Assembly: GCA_038496445.1 (NCBI GenBank)
Contig: JALMLS010000342.1
Location: 186,001 to 250,000, forward strand
DNA from: Trichosphaerium sp. ATCC 40318
Lineage: Eukaryota > Protista > Tubulinea
Direction of reading: 5' to 3'
DNA: 64,000 nucleotides
A model generated the notes under the pieces. It was not told the DNA's origin. It saw nothing but the letters and a program-made list of their open reading frames with translations, and made no database searches. Made by a program: the position numbers and the translations under genes. Each line of letters begins with the position of its first letter. The first letter of the stretch is position 1. Below, in pieces: positions 1 through 12,840 of this stretch.

Positions 1-782
1 AAGAGTCGTCCTTCAAATAATCGACGCCCCAGTCAGCATAACTTTGAGCATCTTGTGCCTCATGGTAGCGAGATCCTGGGCGCTTGTAACCACCATCCCA
101 GCAACTAACACAACATTAATGTGTATTCTATCATAACCACATACCTGCAAGTATAATCACCTCTATCAGTATAAAGACCAAACTTGAAGCCTATCAAACC
201 GTTAAGACTGCTTGTTTTGCAGAGATATAATACCGAGGCCGTGTAAGTAATCTGACAATGCTTTTACGCCGTTTGGAAACGCCTGTGGATCAGGAATGAG
301 AGCACCAGACGTATCTCTACCCCACATGATGCAATCTAAAAAGAAAAGCTTTACTAAAAGAAGGAAAGCAACCTTTTGTACCATCGAGATTAATGTACTC
401 ATATCCAAGGTCGAGGAGACCTTTGTCTTTCATAAACCTTGCTATTTCGCGCACTTCAGTGTCCTAGTGTTATCGTAGTGAGAACAGTTTGAGGAAACTT
501 CAAATCACGTGTTTCAACACTGTGACATGGCAGTCACGTGATGTGGTTTATATGGGCACTTTAAAGACACGTACCAGTACAAAACCAGGTTCCCATAGAT
601 ATTGCTTCGCTATCAAGTGGCTATGAAGGGCATACCATGAGTTAAAACCTAATTTGAATTAAACGGTTTAGTTTGGGCGAAAAAATGATACCCATTGGAG
701 GAGTGAGACCCAGGCCATTGTCAAGCGCGTATGCGCTTAAAAATACAGCAACGAGCGCTACGAAAAGCGTGCTCACGTGCAT
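1..782 (-). CDS. GH27 alpha-galactosidase (5' part, runs off window start), secreted
   Basis: Spliced translation MHVSTLFVALVAVFLSAYALDNGLGLTPPMG...LGYEYINLDD...PDPQAFPNGVKALSDYLH...FGLYTDRG...DAQSYADWGVDYLKDDS matches GH27 signature motifs; signal peptide. Confidence 0.92.
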
Positions 783-1277
783 TTTTGTACAAAAGAATAA
801 GTTGATTCATAGTGGGTCAACAGTTGCCTACCAACTGTCTTGGTGATGAGTTACTTGGGCCATACGCAGTAAAGCAATGTAAATATGAGCAAGGAACGTG
901 TTTTATACATTTTGTAAGAGTTTGTCGTGCTCCTGACGTGATACCTTTTGATAAAAACGTTGAACCTAAATTACAATAACAGAATACGAGACCATTACAA
1001 AACCGCTGTGTTGTTTCAATACTTAGATAAAACAGAAGATAAAAACCGTATTTTCAGAAATTCTACTATGTCCTTGCTTCAAATCTTGTACATCAACGCA
1101 ACAACTTCATGAATACTCTGGATTGCTCCAAAAAAAAGACTCAGTTATCCTGTTTTTGTGATACGAATTACCCGATGACTTCAAATTAGTGAATACTATT
1201 CCTTTTTCACACCATTACAACACCTCTTCGTGAAGGTGATCCTAAGTACATTACTTCCCAACGTAAACATTTACTAG

Positions 1278-3112
1278 ATGGTCTGTACTGCAATAACTAT
1301 CCTCTTTACAGCCCTTGTTGTACTACAAGCACAGCAACTGGATCAGTTTGCTGTTACAACAAGCGGAAAGATGTCATTTAGAAACAACGGTCGCATTGTT
1401 GGCGATTTTGTATCTACAGGCGGTCTAGAAGCAAGAAACGACTTTACTTTTGAAAATGGCTTTGTACAAGGTGACGTTGAGCTTCGTAACAATCCACGTG
1501 GTCAAACTTTGGATGTTGTCGGATCTGTAGTTACCAGAAATGGGGTTGATATTGATGACATCAATACCTTCACTTTGGACCCTTCAAACGCACTTGATTT
1601 TGAAACAATCCTTGGTATCATACCTCAACCTCAAAACATGACCTTTACGAATGAAACGCGTGTGTTCAATTTTGGCGAAGTATTTCGAGCAACCGTACGT
1701 TGTTTTGGTCTGTTTTTTTCTGACTTCTTTCTACAGTCCTTCAGAAGTATTGGTTCTGGTTCAAGATGCAAAACCTTCCCTAATGATATTCAATCATCGA
1801 CTCATATATCCGGATCTGTGGTTATCATCAACGGTGACGTATCTGTAAGGAACAATGTTGAGTTGACTTTCGATGAAAACGCAAGAGTCATCATCAACGG
1901 CAACCTTGATCTTGGAAACAATGTTGAAGTTTCTTTCCCAAACTGTAAAGGAACTTTACATATCTACGGAGACTTGATTGCAAGAAACGACTTTGAAGCA
2001 TGTGGAGGTACCATAACTTTGAACACAACTTTTTTACTCACCGTTTTTTGTCAGGTATTTGGGTAAACGGCACAACTGATGTCCGCAACGATGCTAAATT
2101 CTCAGGATTTGTACGATCAGATACATTATCAACAAGGAACGACGCCCTTTTCGAGCGCAAGGACCTTGGACTGCCAACTGGCTTTAATCCTCAATACTCT
2201 GTACTCACGACACAATATGACGTTCCAACCAATGAATTCCCTGTTGACACTCCCTACGATATCTTCCAGGCCTACCCTGATGCTCCAGGCGAAGTCAAGT
2301 TCCCTTTGATGATCTTCCTTGGCGGTGGAAGCGGATTTAATAATTCTGATGGATACTCTCGCCTTGCCATCAATATTGCTAGTCAAGGCTATATTGTAGC
2401 AGTTGCAAGCAGATTCTTTATTCTCCCTCCTTTCACGAACGTAGCCAACATTGTTCCTTGCTCAACCTTGGATGCCCTCGAAGCCTTTTGGGTTTCTAAC
2501 CCAGATCAGAAGCCTAATGTCGATATGGACAATATCATTTTTGCTGGTCACTCCTTTGGAGGTGCCAATGCGTTAAATTGTGTATCAGCAAATGAACAAG
2601 GGGCACCAATATGTAATGGCACATACTCAATCCAATGTGGATTATTTGATGTAACAGGCAGAACTAACATCAAAGGAGTTGTACAGTATGGTGGTTTCAT
2701 TGCAGGTGACTTACGAGGTCAACCTCCAGCGTTTATTCCAAGACTGCTCCCTGGTAAATTTACAGGATGGGTCACTGGTGATATTGATGCACACTCCGTC
2801 TTTCAATTTGTTGACAACGTCATGAAGGGATACAACAGATATACTAGAAGTGGAGACAAGAACCTGGCCTTTTTTATTAAAGGTGCCAACCATTGGATCG
2901 TGAGCAACAATGCAGACCCTACAACACGTGTTTCGCCAGATTTGTTTCCACGTATTGATGAAGATAAAGCAAGCAAGATTGTTGCTACTTTGTTTCACCA
3001 CACCATCGAATACTTCAACAACGATTCTGAGGAATCATTGAAGTACCTCACAGGTGGATTCAGAGAAGCTGATGAAGTATTTCCTTTTGATGTACCAGTT
3101 GTATGCGAATAG
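1278..3112 (+). CDS. Secreted protein: RN[ND]-repeat beta-solenoid + chlorophyllase/cutinase-like alpha/beta hydrolase (~580 aa), paralogue A
   Basis: Signal peptide; introns 1695-1736 and 2008-2054 join the two listed ORFs; nucleophile elbow AGHSFGG, YSRLAINIASQGYIVAV, GDID, GANH. Confidence 0.85.
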
Positions 3113-3325
3113 ATATACTGTACCATGCCCTACCAACTTGTTAAAGTTACTATAACCTGTCGTGTTTTAACTGTAGTTTCACAATAAACCATTAAACAGT
3201 CTTGATATGACGTTGTGCAAGTAAACCAATGTATGGTGTTAGTAAATGTAACAAATTTTCTTATTTAATGAAAACTATTTAGGAGCAACTATTTATTTAC
3301 AAGCAGTAGTTGGAGTATTGTGAGT

Positions 3326-4019
3326 CTACTCTTGTGTGCGCTTGACGCATTCTTGTCTTTGTTTCTTTTGAGCATGCTTGTTTTTGAATTTGTTGGCACG
3401 CCTTTGATGCCTACCACGTTTAGGACATTGATTGCGTTTTGAACCCCTCTGCTCTCGGCGTTCTTGTCTTTTTTTGATCCGAAATGCTTTTTGTTCTTCC
3501 ATCGCATTGATCACTTGTTGAACGTCTCCTGAGAACCCAATTTTGATCATTGTATTGAGACAAGGTCTCCATCTTTTGTATCCTTCAGATTGAAGTTGTA
3601 GAATTGCTTTGATCCATTGTTCTTGTTGATCTGATGGAACACGTTTCAAGAATCGAGGACATTTTTTGATTGTGTTGACAAGACCCACATTGTCTCCAGA
3701 ATCTATATTGTCGCTAGATTCTGTATCGTCGGTGTTGCTTGAATCGGTACTATCGTTCTCTTCACTGTCACTTGATTCTATGTCATCATGTTGTTCAGTT
3801 GAAGGTTTATCCGATACCTGAGTATGTGTAAGATATTGAATTGTTAAAGGATGCAATCTAGGGTGGGCGTACGTTTTGTATTGATACTGGACCAACTTGA
3901 ACTCCACAATTGAGAATGTTTTTGAGAGTTGATGAAATTTGTTCTTGTTCAATGTCAAACTGGATTGTCACGCGTACTGGTGAACTTGTTGATGTTTGTT
4001 GTTGTTGTTGAGTTGTCAT
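3326..4019 (-). CDS. Hypothetical protein with acidic linker, UBA-like domain and basic tail
   Basis: MTTQQQQQ start, one GTAC..CAG intron (~3819-3871); WIKAILQLQSEGY...CLN...GDVQQVI resembles a UBA fold; K/R-rich C-terminus. Confidence 0.6.
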
Positions 4020-4550
4020 TGTTTGATTGTATTGTATTTTCGTGTTTAGGTTAGCCACGATGTTATGTGTGTTGGTTGTTTTGAAATATGAACAAGTGTT
4101 GAACATAGAATTAAAATATGATTTCAGTGAATACAATTAATATCTCTTCTCAACTTTTATTCAACTTTTTGTTTGCCACAACTGTACTTATTTGTTAATA
4201 GAGTGCGCGTTTAGCGCGTATGTTTAGCATAAACGTCTAACACAAGAGTTCCGTTTTCTTTTGATGCCTCAATGGATCACTGGGGATGAGATTCAACAAA
4301 CTCAAATAACGATAGAATTACTACTAAGCGTAAACTTTAATCTTTAGCTTACCATCCAAACAGTCACGTGATTATTCAAGAATTTGTTCTGTGGAGTAAC
4401 AATACAAGTTCACGCTTTTTTGTAATTCAACAAGTAAAACCGTTAAACATTTACAGGTCTTGCGTGCAGTTACACTCAGAGTATTTACCAAAACAACAAT
4501 GTAGTGTACAAGTAAATCAATTTTTTATTTTTTTTTGAACCAAAACAGTA

Positions 4551-7500
4551 TCACGTGCTCTTATCAGTGCTTTTATCCAGATTCTTCTTCTCTTGTGCAC
4601 TATCATTATTTTTTCGCGTTACTGAAACACCATCCTTGGTATACGACTCAACAATTCTATTCAGCTGCATAGCATGGCTATGTACTAATTTTTTCTTGAA
4701 CCTTGGAGATTTAGTACAAGCTTGTTCGCCATTTATCACTAACACATTTTAGTATTGACCAGGTTCGTTCATTTAACTCCGAACGCACGTTTGCAAACCA
4801 TCCAATCGGAGAACGCTTGATCACCTCTGAAAACAGGTGGATCTGGAACAGCAGGGTCTATGTCGTGTAAGCAAAAAAATTGATAAATATAAATGGTGTA
4901 CCATAAGGTGGTATGTCATCTTCATAGCAGCATTCAACTTGATAATATACAGTACTATAAGGAGAAAAGGATCTATCTCCTGTTTGGTTTTGTCTTGCTG
5001 TTTGCTTCTTTATTCGAGCCCACTCTTGAGCTATCTCAACAACTGAAGTTCTCCTGTTCTGAGGAGCACCTGGGCGTAACGTTTGGAAGCGCCTCTTTGC
5101 GGTCTAATACAGTTAGTACTTTTGGAGACCATTCGCTGAAATAGTACTCTAGGAGATCGTGCCAAAGTCCAATCTCCTTCTGTGTTTCTTGGACGCTCTG
5201 TTTCCTTAACGACCATGCAAATATCTGTGTACTTGTTAGAGAAAAAATTAAGTGTGGAAGTTAATGAGTACTATTAAATTCAGAGATAAGGCATGAAGGA
5301 TCGAATGGTTCGTGCTCGTCGTCTTTTGCACCATCAATAAACAGTACCACACATACATCATTTCCAATGTGTCTTTTCCTTTGGAGCTAATTATTTGTTA
5401 GAAAAAAAGCCCTGATAGGTTGTCCCAACGACAGTACTTGTTGTGGGTCTGTGGCACTATGTGGTAACATTGTAGAAACGTGATACATAATTTGGCAATC
5501 TTTGAATGTTCGATAGATACTCATTGGCCCTGTTGTGTCGCTGTGTGTATCTAAACCACCTCTATATCCTTCCCATCCTTTAAGCTTTACAGGCTTTCCA
5601 AGGAATGTAAGGAACCTCTTAAAGGCAGGAGATCCATCCTTGTTTCCAAAGAATTGTTTCTCCGTCTTTTGACCTGGTTTTACATACAACACTCCAAACT
5701 TGTATGTTTTTGTTATTCGTCTAGAATGTCAGTTAGCGTATAGTTTAACTTCGAGCTTTTCTTCAAGAACGTACGTTTCTTCCACACGTAGTATTTTATT
5801 AGATAGAGTCGGAGAATTCACTTTCTTTAATGCCTGACCACTCAATCTATCAAAACCTCCACACTTTCTATCAACTAACTTTATAATCTTCTTTCTTTGT
5901 TGTGACCTTGTTCCTAATTCTTGGGCTACTTCCTCTTCTATAGGAAAACATATTAGGAAGAATATAAATAATAAAAAAAGCACGTGGAAATCACGTGCCA
6001 TTTATTCTTAAATGAATGATTGATTCAGAGTTCATTATAAGTACACGCCTGTGTTTGCATTAGTGCTTATATTTTTATGCTACTTACCAATAAACCCATG
6101 CTGGAAGTTTTTCACGCTTAATTAAAGCAATAACTGCCGTTGTATCACGTTGTCTGGCGAACAAAAAAAATGTAAAAAGGGAATAAAAATTAAGATTTTA
6201 AGTAGTACCTTCCAACATAAACACTGTGATCTAAAATCATTAAAAAATGTTTTTTAAATAAGTGTGAATACGTACTAAAGTTATGGAAGAATGATTTATA
6301 ATAATGTGGCTGGACATCGCTGCAGGAAAAATGAGAAAAAAAAAACAAACCAAAAAAAAATATTGAGTACAGGGTAGTTTCATTTCCGTTTTCTGAGCTG
6401 TATTTCCACGATTTGTTAATTTTTTGACCTTTATCGACTATCCAACCATCACAACGCTTTATTAGCCTTGCCTTTGTATCATTATTATTTTCTGGTGGTT
6501 CAAGAAGAGCGTCAATATCATCGTCTAGTGCCTTGGATATTTTATGCTCTTATAATTTAGTAAATCACAGCTTTTGATAGTACTCTCTGGCTTACGCGCA
6601 ATCAGCACATTATTATTATCTGCCGCTGTATCTCTTGGTACATCAACGCTGGACATCAACAAACCTTTGACTTGACTGCCTTTACCCTTTTTTGGTTGAC
6701 GTCAACAAAAGGTACATCCAAACTGTTACTAGCGTACACTAATACTTTGCACGACTAAATACACGTTATTTTTAAATTAACATTCTTTTTTAGTTTGTAC
6801 CCGCTGTGAATGCTTGTGTAACGTTTGCACCCAGTTTAGAAGATACTTTAGAGATAATAATAAGAAATACTGTTTTTAAAATCTCACGTGTAAGGTACCT
6901 TCAAAGAACGGGCAATTCCAATCTAGAGCCAATCGCTATTTATTGGGTTAACCTTTTGGCATATCTTAGTAATGAGTACCTGTCCTTGTTTGCTTGATAC
7001 TTGTCTTTGACTTCCCAGGTCTCCTTTTGTACCGGCAAGGACGACAACAGGATTACGAAACTTTATATCTTTTATAATTTTGTAGAAATGTTTCACCTCT
7101 TGGAATGAGTCCAAGTCAGTTATCTAAACGACCTCTTCGTTAGGCAACATTTTCAGAAAACAAACGATAAAAAACTCAAAAACTTCAGAACATACAGAGT
7201 AAACAAGTAAAAAGCCATCAGCCCACCTAAAAGCGTTTGGTTAATCAAGTATACGCCAGAGAAGCTTCAATTGTGTACCCGAACCACGTGGAGTAAAACT
7301 CTATGTTAAAAAGTAAGATCAACAGAATTACTTTTATTAAAGCGTGCCTTGATATGTTGAGTCGCCAGAAATATCTAAAACGTGCGTCGATAGAGGGTTA
7401 CCATCAAGTTGCAAGTCAACCTCATAATAATCTTGAATCTGGATGAAGATTTTAGTGAAAAAAGTTTCGAACACGTGCTTTTGGTTTTTTGTACCGTTGG

Positions 7501-7954
7501 ATCGCATAAGTCTTCAAGAAAGTCTCCTGTCCTGAGACGATAAATCAAAGAACTTTTACCACAAGCAGAACCTACAACACACTGTACGTTATTAGTAACG
7601 TATTACAGAAGTTGTAATACTACTAGCCAAGAGAAATAAAGAGTACTTTCTTTTGTTTTTTTTTTGTTTTTTTTGTTTTACACGTACTATATTGTACTCG
7701 TTCGTATTCCTCTTGCGCACAGAGTTATTATTAATTGTGTTGTATTTACGTTTGGACCGAAAAGATAATTTCCGCTTCAAGGAACGTCCAGGAGGCTACG
7801 AGAATCAATAAACAGATCAACGATTTTTTTTTGGTTGTATTCATGCCTTCAAACGTGACGAGTCTTTTCTAGAATTTTTAAAGCGCACTTTTGAGCTTCT
7901 AGAACCTTTGAGCTTCGAGTTCTTGATATTTATATTCTTGTGAGGAGCACTCAT
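4551..7954 (-). CDS. Ras-like GTPase domain fused to RapGAP domain (single multi-exon gene model)
   Basis: N-part VVGSACGKSSLI..DISG..GFLLVYS..VLAGTKGDL..WNCPFFEVSSK; C-part YKFGVLYVKPGQ..GYRGGLD..IMYHVSTMLP..RKRHIGNDV..KLINGEQA; phase-consistent introns link the two. Both domains are confident, the fusion less so. Confidence 0.75.
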
Positions 7955-8204
7955 GGCCCAACAATACAAGAACTTAAAAAACTTCTCATAGATAGTCAAA
8001 ACTCAGTCACGTGTATTGAAAAAAAACTGCACGTGATTCATACAACCATGAGCAAAGAAAACCAAATCTTTACAAACCAATAACATCATAATCGCGCAAT
8101 CTGTTGCGCAAGTAAGCGCACTGGGAAAGGCAGACAAAAAGACAACAACAAAAAACTTAGAAATGTTTATTTAAATTAAGTTAAGATAACAAGACAACCT
8201 TAGT

Positions 8205-10403
8205 TTAAACCATTGGTTTGTTACCCCATGTTGAATAAAAGTTCCGCATAACGTTCTTCTCAAGTTGCTATAGAAAAATACCAAGTCAGTACTCTGTTAA
8301 CACGTAATAACTCCATTTCTAATTCAACGTACTGAGTTCTGAATATACTTAATAGTATCCTCGTTAAAGTTATCAAAGTTGCTATCTTGTTGTTCGCGAG
8401 GCTTAATAAATAACTTCTCCGCTTCTTCTCGACTAACCTTCTTTCTATCTTTTGTCTTGCTTGACGATTTATGGGAATTACGTCTCTTACGTGTAGCAAG
8501 CTCTCCGGCTTTGTGATGATGTCGATCCGCCTACATGAGATGAGACAAACTATTGAATGGTTATTCTCACCTTGGTTTCATCTTTTATGGTTCGACTGCT
8601 CTTCTTTCTACGCACTTTATCGCGCGTAATAGATCTCGCTGATTTGCTCTTACGTGCCTTAGCTACGATAAAATTAGATATAAATAGATGAAGGTTGGCA
8701 TGCGCACGTCTTTCTGGTGTTGTCTCAGCACGCAGTCTGTTGATTCCTGTCTTTGTTTCGACAACTGGATTAGATTTTGATTCTATTATAAACCAGTAAG
8801 ACAAACATTACTTCAAGTTGGTTGATAACGCACTTCCTACTTTTAAGATTGAATTTGGCTCTGAGGTGCTTTGTTTGTTCTCTGGCTTCTTTTGTGCTGG
8901 TTTTTCTAATGTTTGAGGCACATCAATGATAGTCTGGAAGTCACGTGTCAAATTAAACTGTTAATAAAATGTTTACTTACCACTTTTTTAATACCACTTG
9001 TAGGAGGTATTCTCTTTTCTTTTGGTGGTGGAGTGACAGCCTCTTGTTGCTTCGGCTTTTCAGCGGTTTGTTTTACAACGTTCGGTTTTTCTGCGTCTTG
9101 GTTTTGAGCTTCCTTTTCTGCTTTCCGTTTTTGCATCTCCCTTCTCTTTTTTAGCCATCTATAGAATGATTAGAGGATAAATAATTAGAAGTAGTCGATA
9201 GCTATCTTACTCTGGTACTTCTTTCTCAGTAGATTGTCTCTATGTTCGTATTAGAGTTTTTTTTAAAAAAAATTGTATTGTGAGTACCTGGTGGCCTTTA
9301 CGCTTTCGAAAGTCTTCTAGCTTATTTGCTGGCATTGTTTTTGATCTCTGGCGCGTATCCACTGTTCCTTCAGTAGCTTTATCTCCGCTTGAACTGTCCT
9401 TAGATCCATCACCAAAGCGAGCAAGAAGGTCTTTAAATCCGACCTTTTTTTCCTCTGCCTGCAACAAACTATTTAGCAACCAAAGTCACGTGTAAACAAA
9501 AAATGGTTTATCTCACCTTGGCACCTCCACCATCTGTATTTTTATATTGTTCATGTACTTTTTTGAATCCAGCGTCGGACGCACTTCGTGTTTCGAATTT
9601 TTTAATATCAAATTCAATTATATCCTTTGCAAGCCTTCATAGGGTTATCAGCATATCGGCAAATCGGATTGTACTAAAAACAAAAGAACACATACCTAAA
9701 TTCGTAACCTGTAGCTGATGGATCGTCTAAATACGTATTAACACTTCAGTAATACAGAGCCGCCAAAGTGTACCTTTTTGAAGAGAAACAAACGATACAA
9801 TATCAGCAAAAGTTATACCCTTAGGGCTTGAAGAGCTTTGCTTTAAAATACTCTCTAGATCCTTTTGTGTCTATAAAAACGTTAATAGAGTAAAACTGAA
9901 GAAAAATACAGTTGGTTATTTTAGTGAAGGACATTAAAATATCACGTGGTACGAATAGACACGTAAAAATGAAATTGAATGAATAAATAAATTCAAATAG
10001 TGAGAAATCTAGTGTTCACTCGCCTTAAATTTACCCATCTTGCTCTGTGCTGTTTTCAAGTCGTTGAAGTTAATGTATCCGTCACCGTCATCGTCTATTA
10101 ATGCGAACTAAACGTTATTAGGACGTATAATTCCAACAAATTACATTCAAAAAAAAAACAAATTCAATGTAACACATATCAAAGGAAAACACCGTATCAC
10201 GCGTATACACAAGGAAGTGAAATCTATTTTGATTAATTTCAACAACAATCCAAGTTTTAATTAAATTCTATTCAATTCAAAAGAATAACAATCAAGTAGC
10301 TTTGTATGAGATGTACCTTCTTCTCTAGCAGATCAAACTCTTCCTTACTGAAAGAATCCTGATACTTCTCAAAGATAACGTCGTTGTTACCATTTGCCGC
10401 CAT
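8205..10403 (-). CDS. EF-hand protein (swiprosin/EFHD/AIF1-like N-terminus) with long charged C-terminal region
   Basis: MAANGNNDVIFEKYQDSFSKEEFDLLEK..FALIDDDGDGYINFNDLK (canonical EF loop)..LAKDIIEFDI..GFKDLLARF; many short introns. Confidence 0.65.
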
Positions 10404-10667
10404 GATGCACCTGTATGGCGAAACCGTAATAGGTGGTGTGATTATATGACGCCAATTATAAAATCTCAAACTAGCGGTTTTTGTCCACCAAAGTTTAATT
10501 GATGCTTCAACCAAAAACGTGGCTGGTTTTCAATTTGTTTAAATACTTCCATATAACAACTGTAACATAAAGACATATTATAAGTAAGCCTCAAAAGGGA
10601 TTTCGTTTATTTTAGGGTCAGAAAACGGAACAAAACAAAAAAAGCCAAGTTGTGGTTTTGTGTGTTG

Positions 10668-12312
10668 TTAGAATATGTCGTCCTTTGATTCATCCATCTG
10701 TATACATGGTTATTAAATACTCGATGAAGTTAATATTAGTATTACCTTATCCATCTCAGAGAATTTATCGGCGAGGTTTGTTTTAATGTCTGGGCCTGTG
10801 TTAGTAATTAACGCATCAGTAGAAAATAGTAATTTTGAGGAAGTACGGTCAAGTTCCTTTTTGATGACAACTGCTGGTTTTTCCTTCCTTTTCCTCTGCC
10901 TAGACGCATTGTATCAGCATACAGGTAAGTATACCTTTGCTATACACGTACTTTGGTAGAGGTATCAGTTCAGGGGGACTCGGGGCTGGTGCGTTTTGGA
11001 AGTACTCATGAAACAATGCCTGATGATACACTTGAGCGGGATGGTACAGATAAACAAAGTAATACGCACGTCTGCTGCAGCAACACGTTTCTGTGGGTCA
11101 TATTTAAGCATCTGAGCGATTAGTTTTACTGCGTCGTCGGGTGCTGCCGTGAATATTTTGCCTAACGGTATGCCATCATGGTGAGTGAATTCCATATACG
11201 CAGGGAGCGTCTTCATCATCTACATCCAGTTTTATTAGACGAAGTCCCGAAAAGAAAAAAAGAGAGTTTTGTTTTCTGTTATTAGGACAATCGTACAGGC
11301 CAGTCGGACTCCTTGGGAGATCCTAGACTCGAGAATATTCTACTGAGCTATTCAAAATATTAGGCAATTGTGAACAGAAGATAGGGTAACGTACTTGGTC
11401 GATATCGGTATCGCCTGCGAATAGAGGCGAACGCAATAACAGCTCACCAAAAACGCAACTATATAAAGTTTATTAGTATGACTCATCTCGCAAATAAACA
11501 GATACGAACCCACAAGACCACATGTCAACACCTTGTCCATATTGCTTTGATCCAAAGAAGAGCTCTGGAGGTCGATACCTAAATGACGTTATAAGGTTAA
11601 GCCATGAGGTTTTCTTCGTTTTTGATTGATTTTCAATAAATTTTTGTGATAAAAAAGACAAGATGCTTAAGTAGGTACCATCGAGTTACAACTACGCTTG
11701 TGTACTTAGGATTTGGGCTACCGAATTGTCTGGACAAACCAAAATCAGCAAGCTTGCAAATATATGTTAGAGACAAAATAACACTGACTTGGAGCACCTT
11801 TAATTGCCCGTCAGGAGCTATGAATAAATTTCCAGGTTTTAAATCCCTGTGCAATACCCAATGTTTGTGACAGTACTGTAATGCTTCAAGTAACATTTGC
11901 ATTATACTTTTAACGTGGGCTACAGTGAGTACTAAGCTCTTTGATTGAAAGTGTCAGCTGAAAAAAGTTAAAAACATCAATAGATTATACCTTGTCTCTG
12001 ATAACGTGCTCCAAGTCAGTAACACAGTACTCAACGACCAAATGAATATTTTGGTTTAAAATAAAAACGTCAATCAGCTATACCCTGTTATTCGCTTATA
12101 TACGCGCGCGTACGTACGGAAATGACATTTTCGTGCCTTAATTCCTGGAGCAAACGAATCTCGCGTAGCGCTGTAAAATTTGCGCCCTCTTTAAGCTCAC
12201 CGAAGCGTATCTTCTTTATAGCCACCACTTGGCCTGTTTTCTTTATTGTGGCTTTGTATACAACACCATGGGCACCTTCTCCCAATTTCCCTTCCCTGTT
12301 GTACTTCTCCAT
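10668..12312 (-). CDS. CDK7: Cyclin-dependent kinase 7 (CAK/TFIIH kinase)
   Basis: [24 protein letters not shown] cyclin-binding motif, [29 protein letters not shown]. Confidence 0.93.
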
Positions 12313-12708
12313 GCCAGTGTTAACGCTTTGATGGAGGCCTCAGTGCGGATATAAAAAAACGGCGGGACTTAAACTCGTAAGGCGCACAAAGCATCTGTTA
12401 CTTTACAGGGACATAGTTTTGAAATTTCGGGCTAGCGGTAGTAAGCCAAACATGTGCCAATTTGAAAAAGAACAGAAAATTCTGAATTTTTAAATGTTGT
12501 TGAAACGGCATTGCAACAATCAGGAAAAACGTCACAATTAAGCGGGGATAACGCATGTAAGCGTATGGCATGTAAACAATGTGAACAGTGCGAATAAAGT
12601 TAGCACTGTTATGATTGAAATGCGGTTGTTTTACCGTGAACATTGAAAGGCAGTTCACTAAATACCTGATACTAATGATGTAATAGCAAAAATCGCCTGA
12701 AAACGAGC

Positions 12709-12840
12709 AAAACCTTCGCACTTACGGGTTGTCCGCATGCAAGCTTTGATGCGATAAATCGCACGACGGCAAGGTACTGCCTCCAGACGCGGCTACCGCT
12801 AGTCAAATACCAAAGTACATGACGACCTTTGCACATCCTC
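12709..12840 (-). ncRNA. Candidate structured non-coding RNA, copy 1 of 3
   Basis: 132-nt core shared without indels with 13189-13320 and 61783-61914; hairpins preserved by G-U changes on the minus strand; ends in TTTT. Confidence 0.55.

Noticed and set aside
2000-2066. Programmed frameshift joining overlapping ORFs in the esterase genes
   Set aside because: Explained by a canonical 47-nt GT-AG intron present in both paralogues
12740-12805. Hammerhead ribozyme, SECIS or Helitron 3' end (hairpin + CTAG)
   Set aside because: No CUGANGA/GAAA core, no SECIS AA-loop geometry, and homology continues past CTAG
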